Shown here: piece after piece, positions 29,696 to 39,473 of the stretch | Layout of the letters: each line of letters begins with the position of its first letter | How positions within the stretch are numbered: position 1 is the stretch's first letter | Origin: Candidatus Latescibacterota bacterium | GTDB lineage: Bacteria; Latescibacterota; UBA2968 | NCBI GenBank assembly: GCA_965198115.1 | Contig: OZ240241.1 | Coordinates: 2,080,001 to 2,144,000 of the forward strand | Reading direction: 5' to 3' | Length of the DNA stretch: 64,000 nucleotides | The notes under the pieces: generated by a model | The model's database searches: none | Told to the model about the DNA's origin: nothing | What the model saw: the letters and a program-made list of their open reading frames with translations, nothing else | Translations under genes and position numbers: made by a program

Positions 29696-31819
29696 TCAAC
29701 TATCGACCTTCTCTGAGACGAGCATCAGCGGATGCCATACCGGAATCCCGGTCCCTTCGCCAAGGTGGATGCTGCAGACACTCGATTCGGTCACGATCGC
29801 TTCCACTCCTGCCTCGCTAAACCCATCGAACAACGGCTCACCCACCGCGTTTGCCAATTCGTAGCCGAGCTGCCCCGTCTTCAGGCCGAACGTGCCCGCC
29901 ATTCCGCAGCAGGTGCCCGTTTCGATCACCTCGACCTGGGCACCCCGACGTTTTAGAAACTCGATCGCACCTGCGCCGGAACCCAGTGGGCGCTGATGAC
30001 ACGGAATGTGGAAACCGAATCGACGGCCCGCCAGAGAAGTCGTGTCAATCGTTTCCTCGAGCGTGTCGACATACTCGAAAAACTCCGACGTGTTCTTCGC
30101 CACAATCAACGCGTCTTCGTCCTCATCCAGAAGTTTTGGGTAGGACTTGCACAGACAGTAGGCGGCCGTCGGCTCGGTCGTCACGATGTCATAGCCCTTC
30201 TCTACCCACGGCGTCAAAAGGGACACATTCTCCCGCGCGATCTTCCGCGCACCCGTCAGGTCACCGTAGCCGATCGCCGGATAGCCGCTCGTCACCTGCT
30301 CCGGGAATTCCACCGCACAACCCAACCGCTCGAGGTGCTCGACAGCGGCCATCCCCAAAGCGGGTTCGTTGTAATTGGCAAAGATATCGGCAAAGAAGGC
30401 GACCTTCCGTCTGGGGGCCTTTACAGGAGACGGCCCACGCCGTCGTAAGCGCTTCTGCAACGTGTTCCGATTGAACACCGGAAGATTTCGTCTCCGATCG
30501 ATTCCCACTACCTTTTCGAGCACGTAGCGGAAGACGCGGTTCCGCATCATCCAGTTTGAAAGCGGTGCGGTCATCGAGCCCACCCTCGCGCCCCGCTCCG
30601 CATCCATCAGGAACCGATTCACGCGCGGATGCGGATGGGCTTCGGAGTCCCGTTCCTTGACGCCGGCGATCATCATCGGAATGTCGATCTCGGCCGGACA
30701 GATCTCCTTGCATAGCCCGCACGAGATGCAGAGCGGGGCGAAATCGCCCGCGAGTTCGAGACCGTGCACCTCCGACGTCCACGGAATCCCGATCGGTCCC
30801 GGATAGATGTGGCCGAAGGTATGTCCGCCGACGACACCGTAGGTGGGACACACGTTCATGCACGCGCCACACCGGATGCAGTTGAGAGCGTCGCTGAACA
30901 GCGGATCCTGAGCCATCTCCGTCCGCCCGTTGTCCAGAATGATGATGTGCGTTTCCCGTGGCTCCCGCCCTTCCCCGTCGCCCAGCGGTGACCGGCCGGC
31001 CTGAAACGTCACATACGTCGTCGTATGCTGGCCCACCGCGCTGATAGGATGGGCAAGCAGCATCATCACGGCGTCCCCGCACGACTCGACGATCTTCTCT
31101 CGCCCCATCACGCAAATGTGCACATCCGGAATGCTCGAGACTAGACGCGCGTTACCCTCGTTCGTCTCGATGACGATCGCCCCTGTGTCGGCGATGCCCA
31201 CGTTCGCCCCCGTCATCCCGATGTCGGCGTCCAGGAAGATCGGTCTCAAATATCTTCGGACGACCTTCATGATCTCGTTCACGTCGTTCGGCACATCCTC
31301 ACCCGTTTCGCGCCGGAAGATCTCAGCTACCTGAACAGCCGTCTTGTGGACCGCGGGGAACACAAGATGGAAGGGCTTCTCATGAACCTTCTGAATGATC
31401 AGCTCACCCAGATCGGTCTCGATCACGTCCATTCCTGCATCTTCCATCGGATGGTTGATCTCGATCTCTTCCGTCGTCAATGATTTCGATTTGGCGCAGG
31501 ACTTCGCACCCTTGTCGGCGGCCAGCTTGAGCACGTAGGCGATGGCCTCCGCTCCGTCCTTCGCCAGGAGGACGTGTGCTCCCCTCCTTTTGAGGTTCAA
31601 AACGAACCGATCGACCAACTCCTCTTGTTCCGACTGACAACGAAGCTTGATCTCGCGAACTTCCTTCCTAAAGCCCTCGCCCCCCGGCAGCTCGTCGAGC
31701 GCCGATCTCCGGCTGTCACGGGCACGTTTTACTGCCCGGTAGAGCTGGTCCCGCTGGGGTCTCTCTTCGATCGCTCGCGCGATCTTCGCGTTCAGCCTCT
31801 CGTATCGGATCTCAGCCAT
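29696..31819 (-). CDS. LUD-domain Fe-S protein (LutB/LldF-like) fused to a CCG-domain module
   Basis: KSKS..TEEI, ETDLGE, TNEGN, CIRCGACMNVCP, CISCGLCKEICP, HIPCH, CCGMAG. Confidence 0.88.
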   Translation of the reverse strand: MAEIRYERLNAKIARAIEERPQRDQLYRAVKRARDSRRSALDELPGGEGFRKEVREIKLRCQSEQEELVDRFVLNLKRRGAHVLLAKDGAEAIAYVLKLAADKGAKSCAKSKSLTTEEIEINHPMEDAGMDVIETDLGELIIQKVHEKPFHLVFPAVHKTAVQVAEIFRRETGEDVPNDVNEIMKVVRRYLRPIFLDADIGMTGANVGIADTGAIVIETNEGNARLVSSIPDVHICVMGREKIVESCGDAVMMLLAHPISAVGQHTTTYVTFQAGRSPLGDGEGREPRETHIIILDNGRTEMAQDPLFSDALNCIRCGACMNVCPTYGVVGGHTFGHIYPGPIGIPWTSEVHGLELAGDFAPLCISCGLCKEICPAEIDIPMMIAGVKERDSEAHPHPRVNRFLMDAERGARVGSMTAPLSNWMMRNRVFRYVLEKVVGIDRRRNLPVFNRNTLQKRLRRRGPSPVKAPRRKVAFFADIFANYNEPALGMAAVEHLERLGCAVEFPEQVTSGYPAIGYGDLTGARKIARENVSLLTPWVEKGYDIVTTEPTAAYCLCKSYPKLLDEDEDALIVAKNTSEFFEYVDTLEETIDTTSLAGRRFGFHIPCHQRPLGSGAGAIEFLKRRGAQVEVIETGTCCGMAGTFGLKTGQLGYELANAVGEPLFDGFSEAGVEAIVTESSVCSIHLGEGTGIPVWHPLMLVSEKVDS

Positions 31820-32396
31820 CTTCCCCTGCTCGGTCTATGATCACCACGGCGTGTGTGACCTCGGGGCCGTGTACGCCCAATGTCAGCTTCATCTCGATGT
31901 CGGCGGTGCGACTAGGTCCAGAAATGAACGTGACCGTCGCATTCCGGGGATTCTCATCGAAGTAGGCCTTCACACGGGGGCCCGATTCCCTCAGCGTGTC
32001 GATGATGTCCTGCTCTCGAAACACCCCTACGTGAACGCGGGGCAACGTCGATACGAGCCGATACGCATCGTTCGTCGCGAACTCGACGAGGGTTCCGCTC
32101 TCCGCGATCACGAACGCCGGTCCCGACACACCCACGGCCGCCCGATCGATTCCTTCCGGAAGGTCGCTCGCGAGAAAATCGGGGCCGTAGACGTCCAACC
32201 CGGCGGATCCGAGACCTATCGTGACCGGTTCTCCGAGACCGTCGGCGAACTCCCCGACGGCAACCCTGCCCGCTCCGCTGTCGGCACAGATCTCGGCAAC
32301 TCGGGCGACGGCCTCTCCCTCACTTTTGCAGAGGTGGACGTGACCGGCCAGGTTTTCGTACTTCTCTTTGAATCGGGTGACGATGTCGCTGGGCAT
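31812..32396 (-). CDS. LUD-domain protein (LutC/YkgG-like)
   Basis: IAESGT, LVSTLP.VH, ISGPSRTADIE..L.LGVHGP. Confidence 0.9.
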   Translation of the reverse strand: MPSDIVTRFKEKYENLAGHVHLCKSEGEAVARVAEICADSGAGRVAVGEFADGLGEPVTIGLGSAGLDVYGPDFLASDLPEGIDRAAVGVSGPAFVIAESGTLVEFATNDAYRLVSTLPRVHVGVFREQDIIDTLRESGPRVKAYFDENPRNATVTFISGPSRTADIEMKLTLGVHGPEVTHAVVIIDRAGEDG

Positions 32397-32561
32397 CGAG
32401 AAAAATTCCGTTTTGTGCGGAGAAAGGCACGTCAAAGCTACAAGTTGACCTCTGGAGACGCAAGTCGCACGCCCGTTCGGGCGCGCATTTGGCATAGCAC
32501 GACGACAAGCACACATCTATATTGCAACGCTGAGTTCACCCATTCTTAACGCGAGAACCTT

Positions 32562-33554
32562 ATGGCGGCACCGATCAAGATTGTGCAGGTGGGTTTGGGT
32601 CCCCTCGGAAGGATGCTCACACCCGTCATCGACGCGAAGGCATCCCTCAAGATCGTCTCCGCTCTCGACATCGATCCCGAATTGGCGGGAACCGACCTGG
32701 GCGCACTGACCGGAGCCGCTGAAGGCATCCCGGTTTCAGGCACCCTCGAACAGGCCCTCGTCGCCCGCCCCGACGTGGCGGTCGTCACCACCGTTTCGGA
32801 GCTCGACCGACTGTGGCCTCAGATCGAGCCCATCATCGGGGCCGGCGTCCAGATCGTCTCTACGTGCGAAGAACTGTCTTTCCCCTGGACGACGAGCCCG
32901 GATCTATCCAGAAAAATCGATGATGCCGCCAGGGAGAACGACGTCAGCGTACTCGGAACGGGTGTGAACCCGGGATTCCTGATGGATTTCTTCCCTTCGG
33001 CTGTCACGGCCTCCTGCCGTCGCATCGACACTGTGCTCGTCGAGCGCATCCAGGACGCTACGACCCGACGTCTTCCGTTCAGAGAGAAAATCGGCGCCGG
33101 CCTTACGGTCGAGGCCTTCGCGGAACGAACCCAGGCGGGCAAGATCCGACACGTCGGATTGACCGAGTCCGCACACTTCATCGCATCTCAACTCGGCTGG
33201 TCCATCGATCGCACCGAGGACATCGTGGAACCCGTCATCACCGATGTCGCCGTCAAGGGCGATGGCTGGACCGTCGAACCCGGCTTCGCGACCGGTGTGA
33301 ACCAAACAGGACGCGGGTTTATCGGACACCGCGAAGTCATCACCCTCGTCTTCCGAGCGGCAGTGGGCCAACCGGACCCGCGCGATACGGTCACGATCAA
33401 AGGCGACCCCGACTATGTCGTCAACATCCCAGGGGGTACCCACGGCGACGTCGCCACCTGCGCCATCGTCGCGAATGCCATCCCTTCTGCGGTGGCCGCC
33501 CTTCCGGGTCTCCGCACGATGTCCGATGTGCCGCTGGTTTCGTGCGTCCCCTGA
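32562..33554 (+). CDS. DapB-like NAD(P)-dependent oxidoreductase (2,4-diaminopentanoate dehydrogenase-like)
   Basis: GLGPLG, VSTCEEL, LGTGVNPGFLMD, KIGAG, HVGL.ES, GDVAT. Confidence 0.82.
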   Translation: MAAPIKIVQVGLGPLGRMLTPVIDAKASLKIVSALDIDPELAGTDLGALTGAAEGIPVSGTLEQALVARPDVAVVTTVSELDRLWPQIEPIIGAGVQIVSTCEELSFPWTTSPDLSRKIDDAARENDVSVLGTGVNPGFLMDFFPSAVTASCRRIDTVLVERIQDATTRRLPFREKIGAGLTVEAFAERTQAGKIRHVGLTESAHFIASQLGWSIDRTEDIVEPVITDVAVKGDGWTVEPGFATGVNQTGRGFIGHREVITLVFRAAVGQPDPRDTVTIKGDPDYVVNIPGGTHGDVATCAIVANAIPSAVAALPGLRTMSDVPLVSCVP

Positions 33555-35759
33555 ATGCCCGGCTCCGTCACGACTTCATCGGACCAGATCCAACGCATCG
33601 TCGATTGCGAGCATCACGATCCTTTCGAAATACTCGGGATGCATCCTGTCGGAGAGGGCGGTGAGCGCCATCTGGTTGTTCGAGCGTTCAAACCCGACGC
33701 AACGTCCGTCGAAGTCGTCCGTATGGATTCACACGTCGTTGCTTGCCGACTCGAACAGCAGCATCCCAACGGCTTCTTCGAAGCCAGCATCGCGGAAGAG
33801 CACCCCTTTCCCTACCTGCTCCGCGTCAACTATCCCGACACGACCATCGATCTACGCCCCGACCCATACGCCTTTCCCCCCGTCCTTTCAGACTACGACC
33901 TCCATCTCATCCGTGAGGGGTCGCATCAGAATCTCTACGAACGAATGGGTGCTCATCGAACCGAGGTCGAAGGCATTCGGGGCGTCTCGTTCGTTCTCTG
34001 GGCGCCCGCAGCAAAACGGATTAGCATCGTCGGAGACTTCAACCGCTGGGACGGACGCACGCACGTCATGCGCGCCCGTGGCGCGAGCGGAATCTGGGAA
34101 CTGTTCGTGCCGGATCTCGAGGAGGGCGCGCTATACAAGTTCGAGATCAAAGGCAGCGACGACACGGTCCGACTCAAAACGGACCCTTTCGCGTTTCAAA
34201 TGGAACTCCGCCCCCGGACCGCCGGAATCGTGCGGACCATCTCCGACGGGATCTGGACAGACGAGGAATGGATGCAGCGAAGGTCTCGAGGCGATCTTGC
34301 GCACGAGCCTGTCTCCATCTACGAGGTCCATCTGGGGTCTTGGAGACGCAGCCCCGAGAAGAACACACCGCTCGACTATCGAGATCTCGCTCATCAGCTC
34401 GTCGACTACGCGGAGGAGATGGGATACACCCACCTCGAGCTTCTACCCGTAGCCGAGCATCCCCTCGATCAGTCCTGGGGGTATCAGGTACTCGGATACT
34501 ACGCCCCGACGAGCCGATTCGGCACCCCCTCGGACTTTCAGTATTTCATCAACCACTGCCACACGAATGGCATCGGTGTTCTGCTCGACTGGGTGCCCGC
34601 TCACTTCCCGAGCGACGACCACGGCCTCGCCCGATTCGACGGAACCGCGCTCTACGAACACGACGACCCCCGTCAGGGATCCCATCCCGATTGGGGTACC
34701 CTCGTGTTCAACTACGGACGCAACGAGGTTCGAAACTTCCTCATCGCAAATGCGCTCTTCTGGCTCGAATGCTACCACATCGACGGGCTCCGTGTAGACG
34801 CCGTAGCTTCCATGCTCTATCTGGACTATTCACGCGAAGAGGGCGAGTGGATCCCGAATCGCTATGGGGGTCGTGAAAACATCGAAGCTGTGGATTTCCT
34901 CAAGCAGCTCAACGAAACCGTCTACGCTCGGTTCCCCGACGTGGCGATGATCGCAGAGGAATCGACTGCGTGGCCCGGTGTGTCACGGCCCCGCTATCTC
35001 GGAGGGTTGGGGTTCGGATTCAAGTGGAACATGGGCTGGATGAACGACGCCCTGGAGTATATCGAACAGGAGCCCGTGCATCGGAAGTACCACCAGGACC
35101 GGCTGACGTTCGGTCTCGTCTACGCCTTTACCGAGAACTTTATTCTGTCCCTGTCGCACGACGAAGTCGTACACGGAAAGAAGTCTCTGCTCGACAAGAT
35201 GCCGGGCGACGGGTGGCAGAAGCGGGCCAACCTGAGGGCCTTCCTTGGATTCACCTACGGACACCCCGGGAAGAAATTGATCTTCATGGGAAGCGAGTTC
35301 GGACAGTGGAGGGAATGGAATGCAGACACGAGCCTGGATTGGCACCTGCTCGAACAGGAGAATCACGGAGGACTGCAACGTTTCGTCAAAGACCTCAACA
35401 CGCTCTACCTGCGCGAGCCCGCTTTGTATGAAAAAGACTTCGATCGCTCGGGATTCGAATGGATCGACTTTCACGATCACGAACAGAGTGTATTTTCGTT
35501 TCTCCGCCGCGCCGACGACGGCTCCTTTTTGGTATTCGTGTGCAACTTCACACCCGTGACACGCCATCATTACACGGTGGGCGTCCCCGAATCCGGCGAC
35601 TACCGCGAGGTCCTCAACAGCGATGCCGCCCTCTACGGCGGAAGCAACGCTGGAAACCTGGGCGGTGTAAGCGCCAACCCAGAACCATCACACGGCCGAC
35701 CCTTTAGCCTGACCGTCACTCTCCCGCCACTCTCGACGCTCGTCTTCAACCCCCGATAG
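33555..35759 (+). CDS. glgB: 1,4-alpha-glucan branching enzyme
   Basis: IYEVHLGSW, SWGYQ, DWVPAHF, DGLRVDAVASM, AEEST, SHDEVVHGK. Confidence 0.97.
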   Translation: MPGSVTTSSDQIQRIVDCEHHDPFEILGMHPVGEGGERHLVVRAFKPDATSVEVVRMDSHVVACRLEQQHPNGFFEASIAEEHPFPYLLRVNYPDTTIDLRPDPYAFPPVLSDYDLHLIREGSHQNLYERMGAHRTEVEGIRGVSFVLWAPAAKRISIVGDFNRWDGRTHVMRARGASGIWELFVPDLEEGALYKFEIKGSDDTVRLKTDPFAFQMELRPRTAGIVRTISDGIWTDEEWMQRRSRGDLAHEPVSIYEVHLGSWRRSPEKNTPLDYRDLAHQLVDYAEEMGYTHLELLPVAEHPLDQSWGYQVLGYYAPTSRFGTPSDFQYFINHCHTNGIGVLLDWVPAHFPSDDHGLARFDGTALYEHDDPRQGSHPDWGTLVFNYGRNEVRNFLIANALFWLECYHIDGLRVDAVASMLYLDYSREEGEWIPNRYGGRENIEAVDFLKQLNETVYARFPDVAMIAEESTAWPGVSRPRYLGGLGFGFKWNMGWMNDALEYIEQEPVHRKYHQDRLTFGLVYAFTENFILSLSHDEVVHGKKSLLDKMPGDGWQKRANLRAFLGFTYGHPGKKLIFMGSEFGQWREWNADTSLDWHLLEQENHGGLQRFVKDLNTLYLREPALYEKDFDRSGFEWIDFHDHEQSVFSFLRRADDGSFLVFVCNFTPVTRHHYTVGVPESGDYREVLNSDAALYGGSNAGNLGGVSANPEPSHGRPFSLTVTLPPLSTLVFNPR

Positions 35760-36372
35760 GTCGACCCAGCCGCTCTTCGACCCAGCGAGAAACGACATCT
35801 ACGGCGACGGCATTGTCTCGATCGTAGGGCACGATCAGATCGGCCTCAGACCGTGTCCGCTCCGAGTGCGCCGCGACGTTCGGTATGACGTCGCGTCGAT
35901 ACCACGCCGTGGCACTTTCGAGCGACGCCCCACCGGCGACATCTCGCATCAGCCTGCGCACCACCCGCTCGTGCACGAAGGCATCGACATAAAGCCGCAG
36001 GTCGAACTGCGCCCTCAGCGACCGTCGCGTGTAGATCAGGTGACCCTCGACGAGGACCAGGTCCGAGGGCCCCAGGGTCGTGGGCGGATCGCGACGATCC
36101 CACGCGCGCGTCCCTTCCACGGGCGTTTCGACCGTCCCTCCCCCACGAAGGGTCTCCACGTGTCCCTCCAGAGCGTCCCACAACACTCCGCGGGGATGGT
36201 TGGTCGTCCGCATCGCCTCTTGTTCTTCCTTCGGGAACTCGCGCCAGTTTCGAAAATATCGATCCTGGCCGATCAGGACGGGTCGAAACCGAGCGAGCGA
36301 GCGGACGAGTGCAGTCGCGAACATCGACTTCCCCGAAGCGGTCGGGCCCGACAGACCGATCACGAGTGCCAT
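35746..36372 (-). CDS. Uridine kinase family protein
   Basis: VIGLSGPTASGKS, QDRYF, LVEG, RRLMRD, ADLIVP. Confidence 0.8.
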   Translation of the reverse strand: MALVIGLSGPTASGKSMFATALVRSLARFRPVLIGQDRYFRNWREFPKEEQEAMRTTNHPRGVLWDALEGHVETLRGGGTVETPVEGTRAWDRRDPPTTLGPSDLVLVEGHLIYTRRSLRAQFDLRLYVDAFVHERVVRRLMRDVAGGASLESATAWYRRDVIPNVAAHSERTRSEADLIVPYDRDNAVAVDVVSRWVEERLGRPIGG

Positions 36373-36476
36373 CGGGCGCCTGCGGCCGACTCACATCCAA
36401 ATTGACAACGACGGAAGCCACCGTACATCTTTCCAAGACCGGGTGTAAGGAACTCCCACTGTTTCCGGAGGTCTCG

Positions 36477-37283
36477 ATGGCCGATTCCAGAGTCGGCGTC
36501 CATACCTTCATCTTCCAGCAGTACGGGTTCGACCACACCAAACAGACGGAACGAATCGCCGAAACGATCGCAGAAGCGGGATTCGGCGCCGTCGAATTCC
36601 ATCAACCCGTATTGACCGGGGACGATCATAAAAACCGAGTCGATTCGGCGATTCGGCATCAGGATCTCGATCTGATCGGGGTCAGCAATACGCAGCCGGT
36701 CTGGAATCGTTCGCAATACGACCGTCTGATCGAATCGATGGACGATCACGCTGAGCGAATGGCCAGTCTGGAACAAGACCGTCTCGCCTGCGGTCTGACC
36801 TGCTCTGGCAAGCATCTTTCTCAACGATCCGATACGGAGAACGATCACACCGTCGAGGTCTGGACCGAGCTCGGTGAGATCTTCCGCTCCCACGATGTCG
36901 GCCTGGCCTATCACAACCAAGGTGAACCCGAAGAGGACATCCTGTTCGTCCTCGACAACACCGATCCCGACCTCATCACCTACTGTGCCGACCTCGACTG
37001 GCTGCGCGTGGGCGGAATCGATCCGCTCGGACACGTGGCCGAGCACGCGGACAGAATCACGCATCTCCATCTCAGAGATTACGACAGAGAGGGTGGCCGT
37101 ACTGTTGCTCTGGGGGAGGGGGATTTACCCTTCGATGCACTCGCATCCGCCCTGGCCGAGTTCGACGACCCGCCCGATCTGATCGTCGATCTGGCGCTCC
37201 CATCGGGCACGCCCCCTGATCGACCTCTTCACGAAATTCTCACCTCTTCTCGCGCCGTTCTTCAGACGCACCTGGGTTTTTAG
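36477..37283 (+). CDS. Sugar phosphate isomerase/epimerase (TIM barrel)
   Basis: AGFGAVEF, LAYHN, HLHLRD, LGEGD. Confidence 0.82.
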   Translation: MADSRVGVHTFIFQQYGFDHTKQTERIAETIAEAGFGAVEFHQPVLTGDDHKNRVDSAIRHQDLDLIGVSNTQPVWNRSQYDRLIESMDDHAERMASLEQDRLACGLTCSGKHLSQRSDTENDHTVEVWTELGEIFRSHDVGLAYHNQGEPEEDILFVLDNTDPDLITYCADLDWLRVGGIDPLGHVAEHADRITHLHLRDYDREGGRTVALGEGDLPFDALASALAEFDDPPDLIVDLALPSGTPPDRPLHEILTSSRAVLQTHLGF

Positions 37284-37310
37284 GCACACCCTCTTACGGC
37301 GCAGCCTCAC

Positions 37311-37445
37311 TGTTGCAAAAAATCAACATCCAGGGTAGATTTTCACGTCGGTGTGTTGCCAAACGGCACACCGAGTTACCCTAACTCCCTAAATTACAAC
37401 ATCCTCAGGAGCCAACTCTGGGCAGGATGCGGGCACGCTTCTTGC
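37311..37445 (+). promoter_or_regulatory. Putative sigma54 promoter with IHF-like site and upstream palindromic enhancer
   Basis: GGCACGCTTCTTGC at 37432-45 (GG-N10-GC); TAACTCCCTAAATTACAACATC at 37382; TGTTG-N8-CAACA at 37311-28. Confidence 0.62.
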
Positions 37446-37484
37446 GGCCAACCTCTACCCACACCCCCGCCCGGAGACCCCATT

Positions 37485-38777
37485 ATGAAACATCTCATCC
37501 CCATCTGCCTCCTCACCTTCATCATCGTCTGTCCCGCACTGGCCGAGGGAATGGCCGGTGAAGGCTACACGATCGAACGCATCGAGGTCCGGGGCAACGA
37601 AAAAACGAAATCAGACGTCATTCTTGGAGCCCTGACCTTCGCACCGGGTGATTACCTCGACACCGAGGCCGTGAACGAGAGCAAGGGCGCCCTCTACGCC
37701 ACACGGCTGTTCAGAACGGTGCATCTGGCATCCAAACCCGGTTCGGCGGCCCGACAGGCGGTCGTCGTCGTCTACGTGGACGAGAAGCGTTTCGGCGATC
37801 TGGGCGTCAGCCTCGAATACACGGAACTCGACGGATTCGGCGTCTCAGCAGATGCGTTTCACGTCAACCTCTGGGGAGAAGGAAAGATCGTCGGCGCAGA
37901 ATGGGGCCTGGGCGAACGATTCAAAAAATGGGGGCTCAACTACGCCGACCCCTATTTTTCTCCAGCCAATCTGCTGCTGTCCGTAAAAACCGTAGGCTCG
38001 TCGGCCGATCGAGATCTGTTTCGATCAAAAGTTGAGGAAACCCGCGGGCGCTATGACCTCGAACGCATCGGGGGCGTCATCGGGTTTGGGCGAGTGCTGC
38101 GCTCAGGACATCGTCTGCTGTTCAAATACGGTCTCGACGCAGTCGAGGTCGGTGCATTCCAGGCCCCCACGATTCTGACCGATGGCGGAAGCTTTGCGAA
38201 CGAGATCCAGGCAGCTATCGGACGGGAAAACCAAGCCTATGCGGGGGTCGAATTCCAACTTAAGCCCTCGACGGAACCGTGGGGCAGTGCCCCGGGCACG
38301 GATCTCCAATTCAGCGTCGACTTGTCGGCCAAGTATCTTGGGTCCTCAGCCACCTTTCTGAGGGCGCGCGTCGAGGCCGCACATCACATCTCCACGTTCG
38401 GTCGTCAGATCCTGACCCTCGGGACGCGGGGCGGCCTTATCGTCGGAACTCCGCCGTTCTACGAGCGCTTCTACCTCGAAGGCCAGAATCAGCTTCGCGG
38501 AAGAGATCCCCGCAAGATCGGCCCCGAAGGCGGGGAGGAATTCGTCAGCGTCGAGGCCGTTTATTCCTTCCCGTTCTTACCATACGCCCGATTCTATGGG
38601 TTCGCCGAAGGCGCCGCAATCCGACGCGACCTGCGACCGGACAGCCGCTCCGACCGTGGCGGATCGATCGGCCTGGGTGTCGTGCTTTTCAAACGCGTCG
38701 ACATCAGTCTGGGCATCATTACCAGCACCCTGATCGTCAAATCGCACCGCTTCGGAGGCATCAACGTCGGCTTGTAG
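37485..38777 (+). CDS. Omp85/BamA-TamA-like outer membrane protein with one POTRA domain
   Basis: Signal peptide, IERIEVRGNEKT POTRA, NLWGEG, ERFYL.G...LRG lid-lock motif. Confidence 0.8.
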   Translation: MKHLIPICLLTFIIVCPALAEGMAGEGYTIERIEVRGNEKTKSDVILGALTFAPGDYLDTEAVNESKGALYATRLFRTVHLASKPGSAARQAVVVVYVDEKRFGDLGVSLEYTELDGFGVSADAFHVNLWGEGKIVGAEWGLGERFKKWGLNYADPYFSPANLLLSVKTVGSSADRDLFRSKVEETRGRYDLERIGGVIGFGRVLRSGHRLLFKYGLDAVEVGAFQAPTILTDGGSFANEIQAAIGRENQAYAGVEFQLKPSTEPWGSAPGTDLQFSVDLSAKYLGSSATFLRARVEAAHHISTFGRQILTLGTRGGLIVGTPPFYERFYLEGQNQLRGRDPRKIGPEGGEEFVSVEAVYSFPFLPYARFYGFAEGAAIRRDLRPDSRSDRGGSIGLGVVLFKRVDISLGIITSTLIVKSHRFGGINVGL

Positions 38778-38783
38778 TCGACG

Positions 38784-39473
38784 TTGAGCGAGAAAACCGT
38801 GCGTTGGCTCGACCGATGCAGTTCGGGAAGACTCCTCAGAGTCTTCGCTCTTTGGGCAGTCTGTCTTGGAGGATCTGTTTCCGCCCAAATTGTGAAGGTC
38901 CCTCCGACGGTCTACCTCCGTGGCGATAGTCTGTTCGTCGACGTCGTCTACGATTCTCTGTTCTCTCAGCGGGCCCAGGACGCCATTGCCTCGGGTATGA
39001 GCACCTCGATCATCCATCAGTTTCAGCTCACGGAAGAGGCGGCGGCGACCATTGTCCATTCCATCGTCATACAGCTGGATCACGATATCTGGGAGAATCG
39101 ATACACGGTCACCCGATCCGATTCGAACACAGATACACTCCGAACGGATGCCTTCAAAGACGTCGAGCACGCCGTGACCGTCCTCTTTGCAATTCCGATC
39201 GGCCTTATCGCGCAAAACGACCGGCCCTACACGCTGTCGGCGCGATCCCGCGTTGACCTGATTTCGCCCGAGCAGGAACGCCGCACGCGTCGCTGGCTCA
39301 ACCTGCTCGAGAGAGGCAGCATCCTCGAGCTGTTTTTCTCGCTCGATCCACGCGAACAGGACATCCCCTGGTCCGAAATCGCACGATTCCGGAGGAGCGA
39401 TCTACCGCAGGAACCACCTTTTGCTCCCCCACCTGAAGCGCCCCCATCGGGAACACAGGAGCTCCCACAATGA
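38784..39473 (+). CDS. DUF4390-like exported protein
   Basis: Signal-like N-terminus, DAIASG....I...F.L, LDHDIWE.RY.V; lies directly before an NtrY/NtrX-like pair. Confidence 0.55.
   Translation: MSEKTVRWLDRCSSGRLLRVFALWAVCLGGSVSAQIVKVPPTVYLRGDSLFVDVVYDSLFSQRAQDAIASGMSTSIIHQFQLTEEAAATIVHSIVIQLDHDIWENRYTVTRSDSNTDTLRTDAFKDVEHAVTVLFAIPIGLIAQNDRPYTLSARSRVDLISPEQERRTRRWLNLLERGSILELFFSLDPREQDIPWSEIARFRRSDLPQEPPFAPPPEAPPSGTQELPQ

Noticed and set aside
29696-31819. LutB-CCG fusion as a novelty
   Set aside because: LUD/Fe-S/CCG fusions next to LutC-like genes are an already known architecture.
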